A stretch of 64,000 bases of DNA from Eledone cirrhosa (Eukaryota): contig OZ024744.1 of NCBI GenBank assembly GCA_964016885.1, positions 53,320,001-53,384,000 on the forward strand, read 5' to 3'. The notes under the pieces were generated by a model that worked only from the letters and a program-made list of their open reading frames with translations, was not told the DNA's origin and searched no databases. Every line of letters starts with the position of its first letter. The stretch's first letter is position 1. The translations under genes were made by a program, and so were the position numbers. Positions 51,244 through 62,970 of this stretch are shown here, one piece after another.

Positions 51244-53160
51244 CATACATACACATATACACACACACATATAATAATAACAACAACAATAATAATAACG
51301 ACAACAACAATGATAATATACATATACATTTATATATACACATACACGCACACACATAAGCATATCTATACACACACACGATACCAACTAACAGCGCTGC
51401 GATCGAATGTGGCTGTTTAGCCCAGCCAATCATCTAAAATGTCTTGCACAGAGTCGGCAACCAAAACATTCACTGGGAATAGTCGGCTGTGGTTGGAGTT
51501 CGTGTACTTTTGCATGTCGCTTGAGCCCTCCTGCTGATTTACATTCTCTACCACATGTTTGGCATGATGAGTAGCAACTCCAACAGCAGCCTGGTAGTCA
51601 ACCACTGGTCTTACTTTATGACTGCGAAGATGACTTTCGAGTCCAGCTTTGCTTAGGCAGAGTCTCGCACAGACGCTGCAAGTCAGCACCATATGAGGAC
51701 CCTCGCCGTCTGGAAGTGCAACAGCAATGCCCTTCCTCACATACCGCTTTACTTTCTCGTATGTGATTCGAGATGCCTCAAAGGCAACTTTTCCCTCATA
51801 TACAGTCTTTCTCCATTTATTACGATCAGCAGCAATATTTTCCCATGTACCAGCAGAGATGTTAGCGTCTTTCAGAGAGGCTTTCAAGGAATCCTTATAC
51901 CTTTTTTTGTTTATGTGTCGGTCGTTTTCCTTTAACCAACTCTCCATAAAAGAGTTGTTTTGGTATTCTAGAATCCTTCATCCTGGCAAGGTGACCACTC
52001 CAACGGAGTCCTTGCTTAAGCACAAGAGCTTCTATACTGTCACACATAGAGCTTTCCAAAATCTCGATATCACTGATGTGGTCCCTCCAGTGAACGCCAT
52101 GGATCCGTCTGAGACACATCTGATGGAAACTCTCCAATTGCTTAAGGTGGTGTCGATATGTGACCCAGGTAGACAAACTGATCAACCACTCCAAGTCGTT
52201 TGCCATACACATATATGTTTGGTTCACTGTACTGCTTACCAGGGGCAGGTTGGTACATGACGATGGTTTTCTTGAGACTGACAGTCAAACCTAGGGCAGT
52301 GCAAACGTCAGAAAATGCATTCAAAATGTGCTGCATATCACTCTCTGTGTGCGCTACAAGATCGCAATCATCTGCATACAAGAGGTCTCTTATGATTGAT
52401 GTAAATACTTTTGTCTTCGCAGCAAAGCGCCTGATATTAAATATGCTGCCTGAGGTTCGATATCGGATGTAAACACCATACTCGCAATTCCTGAATGCAA
52501 TACAGAAAACCATTGCAAAGTATATGGCAAACAGGGTCGGTGCTGGAATATCCCCCTGTTTCACTCCATTTTTTATTGAGATAGGCTCCGACATGTTACC
52601 TCCGACATTAACCCAAGCCTTCATGTCGTCATGGAAAGACCTAACTAAAGCAAGGAACTTATCAGGGCAACCAAGTTTCGGGAGAGCCTTCTATAATGCA
52701 TCTCTGTTAACAGTATCGAAAGCTTTTGTCAGATCGACAAAAACCTGATACAGATCCAAGCCTTGTTCCATGCACTTCTCCTGGAGCTGTCTAGCTGAGA
52801 AGATCATATCAGTAGTGCCGCGTCCAGCACGAAAACCAGATTGACTTTCAGGAAGAACACAATCTGCAATGTGTGTCAGCAGACGGTCCAGAAGCACCCT
52901 ACATAAAACTTTCCCTACGACAGAAAGCAAAGGTATACCTCTGTAGTTCCCACAATCATTCCTGTTACCCTTTCCCTTGTACAAGACCACCATTACTGCA
53001 TCTCTCCAGTCCTCATATACGGATTCATTAGCCCATATCCTGCCAAATAAAGAGTGAAGATGTTGCAGGAGTCTCTCACCACCATATTGTAGGAGCTCAG
53101 CATGTATGCCATCCATACTTGGAGATCTTCCACTGCTCAGCTTCGAAATAGCTTCGAAAT
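51089..53160 (-). mobile_element. RTE-clade LINE, 5'-truncated and degenerate
   Basis: DGIHAE, CGNYRGI, ESQSGFRAGRGTTD, FVDLTKAFD, GVKQGDIPAPTLF, LLYADD, LRWSGH, PKQLFYGEL, plus C-terminal C2H2 fingers. The probable 3' tail at 51089-51131 is separated from the body by microsatellites. Confidence 0.9.
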
Positions 53161-53194
53161 GTATGTACGTATGAATACACATAGATACATACAT

Positions 53195-53798
53195 GGTGGC
53201 TGCCAACTCGTTTTCGAGTACGGCCACTACTTATATCCATGTAGGAGAACCCCTACCGATGCGCTGAACGAATGCGACTTTTTAGTCCAGCCAGCGACTT
53301 GAAAACTCTGGTACAGACACTACACTTGTGACAATTATTGACACATAGTGCTGGGCCCATGGTACCATGTGACGACAAGTGCAGAGAGATCTCCAGGTAC
53401 AAAGCAATTCCTGTGCTGTGAAGCTTTTATAGTGAGCAAAGGCACTGCACAAAGCCAGTCCCACTCTCTTAACCAAGATAATATTTACCAAAAAGAAGAA
53501 CAAGTCAACATCATTGGATACCATCTGGGTTGCAGGTGTTACATCAGAGTTTTCCGTCTTCTAGAATTCTGCCTTGACAAAGGCTAAGGAGTCATCTCTC
53601 CCGGTGATTTTGGATGGCCATTGACTCTTAAGAGCTCCTTTGCCCTTTGACAGGTTTTGTTTTTAGTCCTGCAGGATGTCCAGTCACCCTCCTCACCAAG
53701 AAACCTTGGTGGGGTTGCCAGTTTAGTCGCCAACGACCCGACCATGAGACAGGTTGTACTGGGATACATGTTACCAGTAGCACCAACTGGTGACCTGA
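53195..53798 (-). mobile_element. ~600-bp non-autonomous RTE-derived element within (CATA)n
   Basis: Its 3' tail (GGCCGTACTCGAAAACGAGTTGGCAGCCACC) resembles 51089-51121 (GGCCATACTCGATAACGAGGGGGCAGTCATC). Its 5' part matches 56961-57072. No coding capacity recognised. Confidence 0.65.
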
Positions 53799-53840
53799 CA
53801 TAAATACATACATAAATACATACATACATACATACATACA

Positions 53841-53876
<36 letters not shown>

Positions 53877-53897
53877 TACATACATACATACATACAT

Positions 53898-54762
53898 AAT
53901 TGACCAATTTACAGAAAAAGTTGTGCATGGATACTTGAGGCGTAAAACACAGACCATAGAGGGGATAAACCACTCAAAAAGCCTGGCATGGAGTTCCGAC
54001 AAGTTTATGAGATCACACCTTGAGGGATATCTCTATGCAATACAGGAACAAGAACTCCCTACCAAATATCTGCTGCACAAAAGAGGAGGGCCAGCAGCTG
54101 ACAATAAATGTAGGCTATGTAAAACAAAGATCGAGGATGTAAGCCACATTGTTGCCAGCTGCGAAAGAATGTCATCTCGCTACTACCTCCCCATGAGACA
54201 CGATGGGATAGCTAGAACCATCTGGAACGCACTTCGGAAAACAAAATTAACAACAAACGAGGAAGAATATATTGAGACAGATGGCACTAAGGAATACTGG
54301 TGGAACCTGAAAATAAAAACTGCCACCAAATTAAAGCACAACCGGCCTGATATTGTAGTTTGGGACCACACATTGAAAACGTGTTCTGTTGTGGAGATCA
54401 GCTGCCCACTTGATGTAAACGTTGTCAGAAAAATACAGGAGAAGGAGGACATCTGCGGACCATTGATGAGGAGTTTACAAATCCAGTATCCAAGATACAC
54501 CTTTAGCTTCATACCCATCATTATTGGTGCTACGGGTTATATACCAACCCGCTTGGACCAAAGTATGACTGAACTTGGATTTGCGGACAAAAAGCGCAGC
54601 TCCCTAATTCATAGTCTACAAATGGCTGCGATAGCTGGCACCTTCAAAATTTGCAAAACATTCTTGCGATTCAAGGGGTGACAATTTCTTTTCTTTTACA
54701 ACCTTGCCACTAGGAAGGTGGCCGGTCAAAAAAATATACTCGAAATTAAGAGAAAGAGAAAA
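53898..54762 (+). mobile_element. R4/Dong-like family C, 3' fragment, flanked by (CATA)n
   Basis: ORF 53923-54681: AIQEQELPT, CRLC-x8-HIVASC, RHD, HNRPDIVVWD, VEISCP, IPIIIGATG. Confidence 0.9.
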
Positions 54763-55029
54763 CATACATACATACATACATACATACATACATACATACA
54801 TACAAGTATGCATATAAAAACCATCGGGCAGGCTGAATATGGTGAGTGAGAAAACTGAAACGTTAAATATTTTTGTTCTTCAATTACAAGGGCAGTAGCA
54901 TCGCTAATAAAATGCACCACAAACATTTCCTTTTAAATATTGAATTCGTTTAACTATGATAGTTTTAAAGTCGAAACAGTCTATTTCTTCCAGGAAAATG
55001 GAGATAGGAAAAGTGGAGTGAGAAAAATC

Positions 55030-55110
55030 GATACCAGTATTTTATTTATCGGCCTCAAAAACATGAAGGGCAAAGTTGAACTCGGCGTGATTTGAACTCA
55101 GAATGCAGAG
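55030..55110 (-). mobile_element. tRNA-SINE fragment (same family as 42538-43225)
   Basis: Minus strand reads CTGAGTTCAAATCACGCCGAGTTCAACTTTGCCCTTCAT..CGATAAATAAA. Confidence 0.7.
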
Positions 55111-56121
55111 AGTTAGAACAATAAATTTGAAGCATTCTATTTGAAGTTCAAATGAATCTGCCAATCGGGTGCCTGAAAAAATAGATTACAGCAGATATAA
55201 AATAGTATAACTAACACTCTGTATATCAATAGCTGATATACAAACTGTAAAAACCTCAAGGTCGCAGTTCTCCATTTAATAGGAAATCTTAGAAAAATCA
55301 AGTCCTTAAATAAACGGTAAGAAGGCATGTAAATTGCATAATAATGAATGAGGAAACATCTTAAGACTGCTGCATACAACGAAAACATACCTAAATACGA
55401 GATCCGACTTTTGCAACCCATGACTCCATGTGGGGACACCCTGCATAACAACTATAGTTGCTATACTGTGTTTCAGAGGTATATCGCATTAATATACGCT
55501 ACGTATACTACAATCAACAGTGAAGGAGTGCTATTGTTGTCATGAGGAAAAAACTATTCTTTCCCCAGGTCATTCAAATATCTTTGGGGTGAGGCCTTCC
55601 ATGTCCATATATGCTGAAAATGAGGCAATGAAGATGATATCAATTGAACTGTCAACCATCTCCCGTGACGGAGCCATTTTATCTGTCGTATACCAACATA
55701 GATTAATTCTTTAAATTAATTTCAAGACATAACATTTCAAGACATTTCTTAATTATTATTTTAATCAGCCCTAAAGGATGGACAGATTTGGAATAGAATG
55801 ACTACAAGAAAGCGAAATATACATAAAGAAGAAGTCCAGTAAGTTTCTAGCGGCAAAACAAAAAAAAAAAAAATTGCACATCTGTTTACTTTGGCAGTAA
55901 ATTTATGAAATTAGTTCATTGTCGTATATTTAATGAAACATACAATGAAGCAAAAGCTGTTACCCAAGTAAATTAATAGGTGTGTGTGTATCAGTGTCTG
56001 TGTATGTGTTTACCTATCACATATATACGCAGAAATACCTACCTAACTACCTACATACATACATACATACATACATACACAAAATAGCACACACAGGCAT
56101 ACACACACACACATACACATG

Positions 56122-56268
<147 letters not shown>

Positions 56269-56471
56269 AAAATATATATATATAAATATATATGAATTAT
56301 TTTTTATTACATTGAGCTATTTAACTTACTGGTAATAAGGTAGTAATATATTACTGCCTACCAATATTTAGGGTTTATAAAAATATATATAACTACAAAA
56401 GGTTTTTGTATTTGCATAACCATAAATAGTATACTTAATACTATATAAATATATATATATGTATATATATT

Positions 56472-56575
<104 letters not shown>

Positions 56576-56757
56576 TAAACAAATAATGAATAAAACAATG
56601 AAACAGTTCCTTATATTAAACAAAAAAAGTTCATTATTTAACGATCGTTTCTAGGATATATATGTGTTAGAATTGGCATGCATATTCAACAGATCTATGT
56701 ACAAAATTATACAAAATTATACTTATGTATATATATATCTATATATATATATTTATT

Positions 56758-56805
<48 letters not shown>

Positions 56806-56860
56806 TATGTGAATTAGCCGTCGAAATGGCTTGAGCTCTGCCGTCGGGGTCATACTTGTT

Positions 56861-56910
<50 letters not shown>

Positions 56911-56960
56911 CATACACACATACATATAATTGTAGTCAAAAGAATACACACACATATAAA

Positions 56961-57072
56961 CCGGCAACCCCACCAAGCTTGCTTGATGAGGAGGGTGATA
57001 TATGGACAGCCTGCAGGATGAAATACAAGACCCGGGAAAGGGCGGAGGATCTCAGCAGAGTCAACAGCCATC
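56961..57072 (+). mobile_element. Fragment of the RTE-derived 5' region
   Basis: GGCAACCCCACCAAG..GAGGAGGGTGA..GGACA.CCTGCAGGA is homologous to the reverse complement of 53612-53720. Confidence 0.7.
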
Positions 57073-57293
57073 GAAATAGTACTTTTTTTTTTTAGGATTG
57101 TCGTTGTATTATGCGTGGCAAACATTTGCACCGAAGGTATGTGTCCTCAGTTCTAAAAAGTGTGTGGTTGCTCCTACACAAGCCTTCACCCCTTAAAACA
57201 CAGCTTTGTATGGGCAGTTGAACATCAGTTCACTTTCTCACATTTAAATTTTGTTGGACACTCATAAGTCGGATATCGACGGGCGAGTCCATC

Positions 57294-57332
<39 letters not shown>

Positions 57333-57337
<5 letters not shown>

Positions 57338-57500
57338 GGTAAACAGAAATAACAACACAATCAGTACAGTGTATTAGGTTAACGTTTGATATAGCAGGAA
57401 GAGCGAGTTAACGTTTCGAACGCTAGTCTTTCATCAGAAGAAGGAATGAGAAATAAGATAGATTGAGGGGTCGGGCGGGTTGAAATTGGAAAATAACAGG
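57333..57500 (-). mobile_element. Short hammerhead-bearing repeat (decayed copy)
   Basis: Minus strand reads CUGAUGAA-AGACUAGCGUUC-GAAACGUU at 57410-57437. Homologous to 62190-62355 and ends in (CA)n. Confidence 0.65.
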
Positions 57501-57879
57501 TCCATCCATGTTGACATCTCTATCTAAAATGTTGGTGCTGGCGTTTTGTGTATGATATACTTTTTTAGAAAATTGGATGATGGAGCGCGTCTACCTGGAA
57601 TGGAAAAAAAACTGTTTTTTTTCCATTTCAGGTATATATATATATATATATGCACGGATCACATTGGCACAGAATAATGAGAGACTTACCAAGGTTATCT
57701 ATATATCCAGCTCTCTCTCTTTATCTCTCTCTCCCTCTCCCCCCCCCTCTATTTCTCTCTCTGTATTTATATATATGCAATAATCATTGCCAGAAAATAA
57801 ATATTCATGTCAAAGCCTAACCTAATTTCAATAAATTATATTCATTTGACACACATATATATATATGTGTATGTTTGTT

Positions 57880-57914
<35 letters not shown>

Positions 57915-57921
57915 ATATTTG

Positions 57922-57977
<56 letters not shown>

Positions 57978-58050
57978 CACACACATATATATGTACACAC
58001 ATACACACACACATATATATATATATATACACATACACACATATATATAT

Positions 58051-58146
<96 letters not shown>

Positions 58147-58147
<1 letters not shown>

Positions 58148-59139
58148 CCAGATAGAAAAATGCGTACACAAAAAAAAAGTAATATTGTTGAAATATAAAC
58201 CTTTAAAAATACAGGACAAGAAACTAAGATAAAACTTTAAAGATTTGGACAAGAAATAAAAAAATTATACAATAATATTAGTGGCAAAATTTTTTTGGGT
58301 AAAAAATCAAGTTCCACATTCATAGGCTCTGGGTTCCACATTCAGAGGTCGTCGTCAGACCGGGGGATCATTTGATCCTGGTTTGACCACCAATTGGGCC
58401 ATAACCATACCCCTATTTCATCATTCGGCGACACGCCTCATGTATCATGCATAATGTGAATGGACCCATGGGCCCATGAGCACAGATCTTGAGCAGCAGT
58501 GGATGGTCTTGTCGTCCCGCTCATCCTTGATCTTGACCAACCCGTCCATCTTCTCCTTGCATCTTGTCCTTGAGTTCAAGTCCGACAGTCCAGATGAATG
58601 CGTGCCACAGCTTTCTGGTACAGGAAGGGGGAGCAGGAGGACTGGAGGGATGACGGGACAGAGGGAGGGAGGACCGGTGGTTGAGGGAGGTACCGTAGTC
58701 GGTGGTCAGAGTCGACATATTGTCCCAGTCGTCTTCTCCATCTTCGTCTGCTGTTGCGGGACCAGAAGTGCATTCTTGGAGGAGACCTGCAGCTGCATCG
58801 GCTAATTCTTCTTGCACTGGTCATTCTGACGGAGCAGAACTGCTCAGCCAACCAACCCCAACCGGAACCTACCGCTCAGGGGCAACGCACAATGAGAGCA
58901 TGACAATTATTATGCACTAATCAAGAAGATACTGGGGCATAGCACAGGAAACGAATAAAAAAATTTTGCCACTAATATTATTGTAAAATTTTTTATTTCT
59001 TGTCCAATTCTTTAAAGTTTTATCTTAGTTTCTTGTCCTATTCTTTTCAAGTTTTATTTTAGTTTCTTGTCCTGTATTTTTAAAGGTTTATATTCCAACA
59101 ATATTACTTTTTTTTGCTGTACGCATTTTTCTATCTGGT
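58147..59139. mobile_element. Non-autonomous DNA transposon with ~150-180-bp TIRs and GC-richer cargo
   Basis: ACCAGATAGAAAAATGCGTAC..TAGTGGCAAAATTTTT at 58147-58296 is inverted at about 58958-59139. Subterminal repeats GGACAAGAAA. Confidence 0.85.
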
Positions 59140-59624
59140 CTACTATTTTTTAAGGCAATGCAAGCAACAACTATCTAATAATTAAATGATCATAGTGAAT
59201 TACTGACAAGTGATTGACATTTTAAAGTTCTTTAGAGTATAATTGCAATCTAGTTGAGGCAACTGGCTTAATGACAAAGCTAGTAAATCATGAACGCATT
59301 TGAGATGATTAGTGCATAATAGTGAATTGGTGAAACTTGTGCATTTCAATGGTGTTACAGATAAAAACTGATACTGCTGTCTACGACCTTTATATAGGAT
59401 TGTCATGTTTCTCTGTATCTGCAATGTGGGTATACAAAATAAGAATTATGATATTAACTTTTATTTAAAATCCCCCAAAATGCTGTGCATGAAAACTTCA
59501 AAAAGTAATTCTATTTCTATTGATGACCTCTTAGTTGCTCATACTAATTTTGTAAAAGATTTCAAGCCAATAATCAGAATGATCTGGTATAATTTTTATG
59601 CAGATAAATGACTAATTAGTATAA

Positions 59625-59690
59625 AGGGCCATCCAGATATCATGTGGACACCGCGAACCAAAAATGGTCACATGATATCTGGATGGCTCC
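59625..59690. mobile_element. 66-bp PIF/Harbinger-like micro-MITE
   Basis: Perfect 19-bp inverted repeat GCCATCCAGATATCATGTG (59628-59646 / 59669-59687), with TAA on both flanks. Confidence 0.7.
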
Positions 59691-60094
59691 TAAGCATCAC
59701 CTCCACATGGCGGGGACATGGGTCATCATCGTGGAGCACTCACCTATTTTTAAAATATTAGACTATGATAAATGAATTTAGTTAAAAATACAATTTGAAA
59801 TATATTAGATTACCTCCCCTTGTAATTACCTCGTAATTACCTCCCCTAGCGTCACGCTTACTACTCACTCACTTGAACACAAGATTTATCAGCAAACTTT
59901 GATTATAAACTTTTTCCCGCTGGACCAAATTTCTAGATTTTTAAGCCAGAAGATGCGTAATGATCTACTGTTCATGCTCATATAAGTTTTATCTCAGTTA
60001 AATAAAGTAGAGCCGCGCTGTACTGTCGTAAACAGACGATTGCTAACGAAAACACGACCACAACAATATTACTAAATGGACTACCGTCCGTTTA

Positions 60095-60160
<66 letters not shown>

Positions 60161-60600
60161 CGATTATATATGTATATTTATAAACATATATGTATGGGTG
60201 TGTAGGTGCCTATGTGTGTGTGCTCGCGCCTGTGTGTGTTTGGGGGGGGGGGGCATGTATGTGTGTGTGCGCACATATTTATATACACACATATGTGTAT
60301 ATGTGTTTCTGTTACCTGAGTCAGCCCATGACTTCGGTTACTTTATTGATCAAGTTTTGTGAATGGTGAGTTCAATTCTGACACAGAGGTCAGAGAATCT
60401 CAGGTAGACCCCATGTGGTTCTCTGGCTTCATTGGAAGTACCAGCTGAGGTGGCTCAGCGGAGCTCACGTTTGCTTTCTGCGCTCTTTGAATGTGTAGCC
60501 TGCGAAGTGTTTGCGCTTTTGTTTATGAGAGTCCCTGTTCTTCCGAGCCAGCTGTTCACAGGATTTTATGTCAACGCTCATAGTATAAATATGTATGTAG

Positions 60601-60724
<124 letters not shown>

Positions 60725-60840
60725 ATGTATATACTGACAGGTGATCGACTTCCATCAAATCGGACCGACGAAACAATGTTTCCATTGGTCTTTCCAAATG
60801 CTAATACTATCTATCAATCGCAACTCCAGGTATTATGTAT

Positions 60841-60943
<103 letters not shown>

Positions 60944-61226
60944 ATATATATTTATCCTTATCGAGCCCTCTTTGGATTTTAGTCTTCAAATTTATTATTA
61001 TTACTATATATATATATAATATAAGTATGTATACGTACATACATATATGTATACAGACGTACAGTAGTATGTGTATATATATATATACATGTACACATAT
61101 ATATATGTACGTATGGATTCACCGAACATTTATTATAATGCTCGGTGTGTTTGTAAACAAACATCCCGTATTAAGCCGTAGTGTCTAGCAACCATCGTTG
61201 CTCGTTTGATCAACACTGACAAAGCA

Positions 61227-61269
61227 ACGCTGTACCAATTTCAAGCTTATTAGCTATCGTCAGCAACGT
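61227..61269 (-). ncRNA. Type I hammerhead ribozyme (inverted copy)
   Basis: Same as 61687-61729 except that helix III reads UUGG. Confidence 0.75.
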
Positions 61270-61686
61270 ATACCTTCCTGTCAGATGATTGAACGTCTGA
61301 AAGTATATACTTTTCTTATGCATATTAATGGCTGAGTAGCCCAATTTGCATGTCGAGTGGATTAATCGGCCGGGTGCACCGAAAACGATAAACGCAAAAA
61401 ATGAAACGAAATTTCATTTCTCACTCTTCGTACGGCTGTTACTTAAATATAAGTATGTATACGTACATACATATATGTATACAGACGTACAGTAGTATGT
61501 ATATATATATATACATACATGCACACATATATATATATATGTACGTATGGATTCACCGATCCGTTTATCGTTTTCGGTGCACCCGGCCGATTAATCCACT
61601 CGATATGCAAATTGGGCTACTCAGCCGTTAATATGCATAAGGAAAGTATATACTTTCAGACGTTTAATCATCAGGCAGGAAGGTAT

Positions 61687-61729
61687 ACGTTGCTGACGAT
61701 AGCTAATAAGCTTGAAACTGGTACAGCGT
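61687..61729 (+). ncRNA. Type I hammerhead ribozyme
   Basis: ACGUUG-CUGACGA-U-AGCU(AAUA)AGCU-U-GAAA-CUGG-UA-CAGCGU, with a 6-bp helix I. Confidence 0.82.
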
Positions 61730-61989
61730 TCCTTTGTCAGTGTTGAACAAACGAGCAGCGATGGTTGCTAGACACTACGGCTTAATACGGGATTTTTGTA
61801 TACAAACACACCGAACCTTATAATAAATGTTCGGTGAATCCATACGTATATATATATATATGTGTGCATGTATATATATATATACATACTACTGTGCGTC
61901 TCTATACATATATGTATGTACGTATACATACTTATATTTAAGTAACAGCCATACTAAGAGTGGGAAATGAAATTTCGTTTCATTTTTCC

Positions 61990-62105
<116 letters not shown>

Positions 62106-62235
62106 ATACATATATGTACATATATATATATATATATATAAACACACATGAATGGACCTGTTATTTTTGTCTAAAAACATTTTTTTTCCAATTTCACCAC
62201 GCCCGTCCCATCAATTTTTCTTTTTTCTCATTCTT

Positions 62236-62271
62236 TCTTCTGACGAAGGACTGGCATCCGAAACGTTAAGA
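62236..62271 (+). ncRNA. Minimal type I hammerhead ribozyme
   Basis: UCUU-CUGACGA-A-GGA(CUGGCA)UCC-GAAAC-GUU-AAGA. Helix III is reduced to the palindrome ACGU. Confidence 0.75.
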
Positions 62272-62366
62272 TCCTCTGGCTGCAATTTCAAGCGTTAACC
62301 TAATATATTCCTTCCATATACTGTACCGATTGTGTTGTTATTTCCGTTACCTTTCACACACACACA

Positions 62367-62474
<108 letters not shown>

Positions 62475-62870
62475 ATGTATATATATTTGCGAGTGTACGC
62501 ATTTGTGTGTAAGTGTGTGTGTAAGTATGAGCATTTATATACATACAACTATATTACCCGTCAAAATTAACGGAGTTCATTGCAAAAGATGTTAATTTAA
62601 TAAATCGTTAATTACAATAATGCAGCAGAGATGCTTGTATTCTAGGTCTTCTCTCTCTTGTCATTTCAGACGTCACTCTATTTCATTTTACATTTATTTA
62701 AATCAATTAGCATAATTTTCTTCCCTAATTACTTCAATTATCTTGAAACGTGTCTCTACTAAATTACAGTTACTTTGTTCTATCTACCTTCAGACTGCGC
62801 TGGGATTTGAGGTTTAATATTATTGTCGTTCTTGTGCAAAAGTAGATACATGTTTCAAGAAGAAGATCGA

Positions 62871-62897
62871 TAGATGTATAGATAGATGTATAGATAG

Positions 62898-62933
<36 letters not shown>

Positions 62934-62970
62934 ATAGATATAGATAGATAGATAGATAGATATATAGATA
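62871..62970. repeat. (GATA)n microsatellite
   Basis: Direct reading. Confidence 0.95.

Noticed and set aside
55520-55714. Possible host exon in non-repetitive sequence (also 40800-41100 and 59200-59610)
   Set aside because: No recognisable domain or convincing splice context. It would need RNA-seq or BLASTX.
56636-56695. GAAACGAUCGUU palindrome resembling hammerhead helix III (minus strand)
   Set aside because: The core reads CUGUUGA and helices I and II are unconvincing.
61640-61680. Second hammerhead on the minus strand (CUGAUGA..GAAAGUAUAUACUU)
   Set aside because: Helices I and II do not pair, and the other copy reads CAGAUGA.
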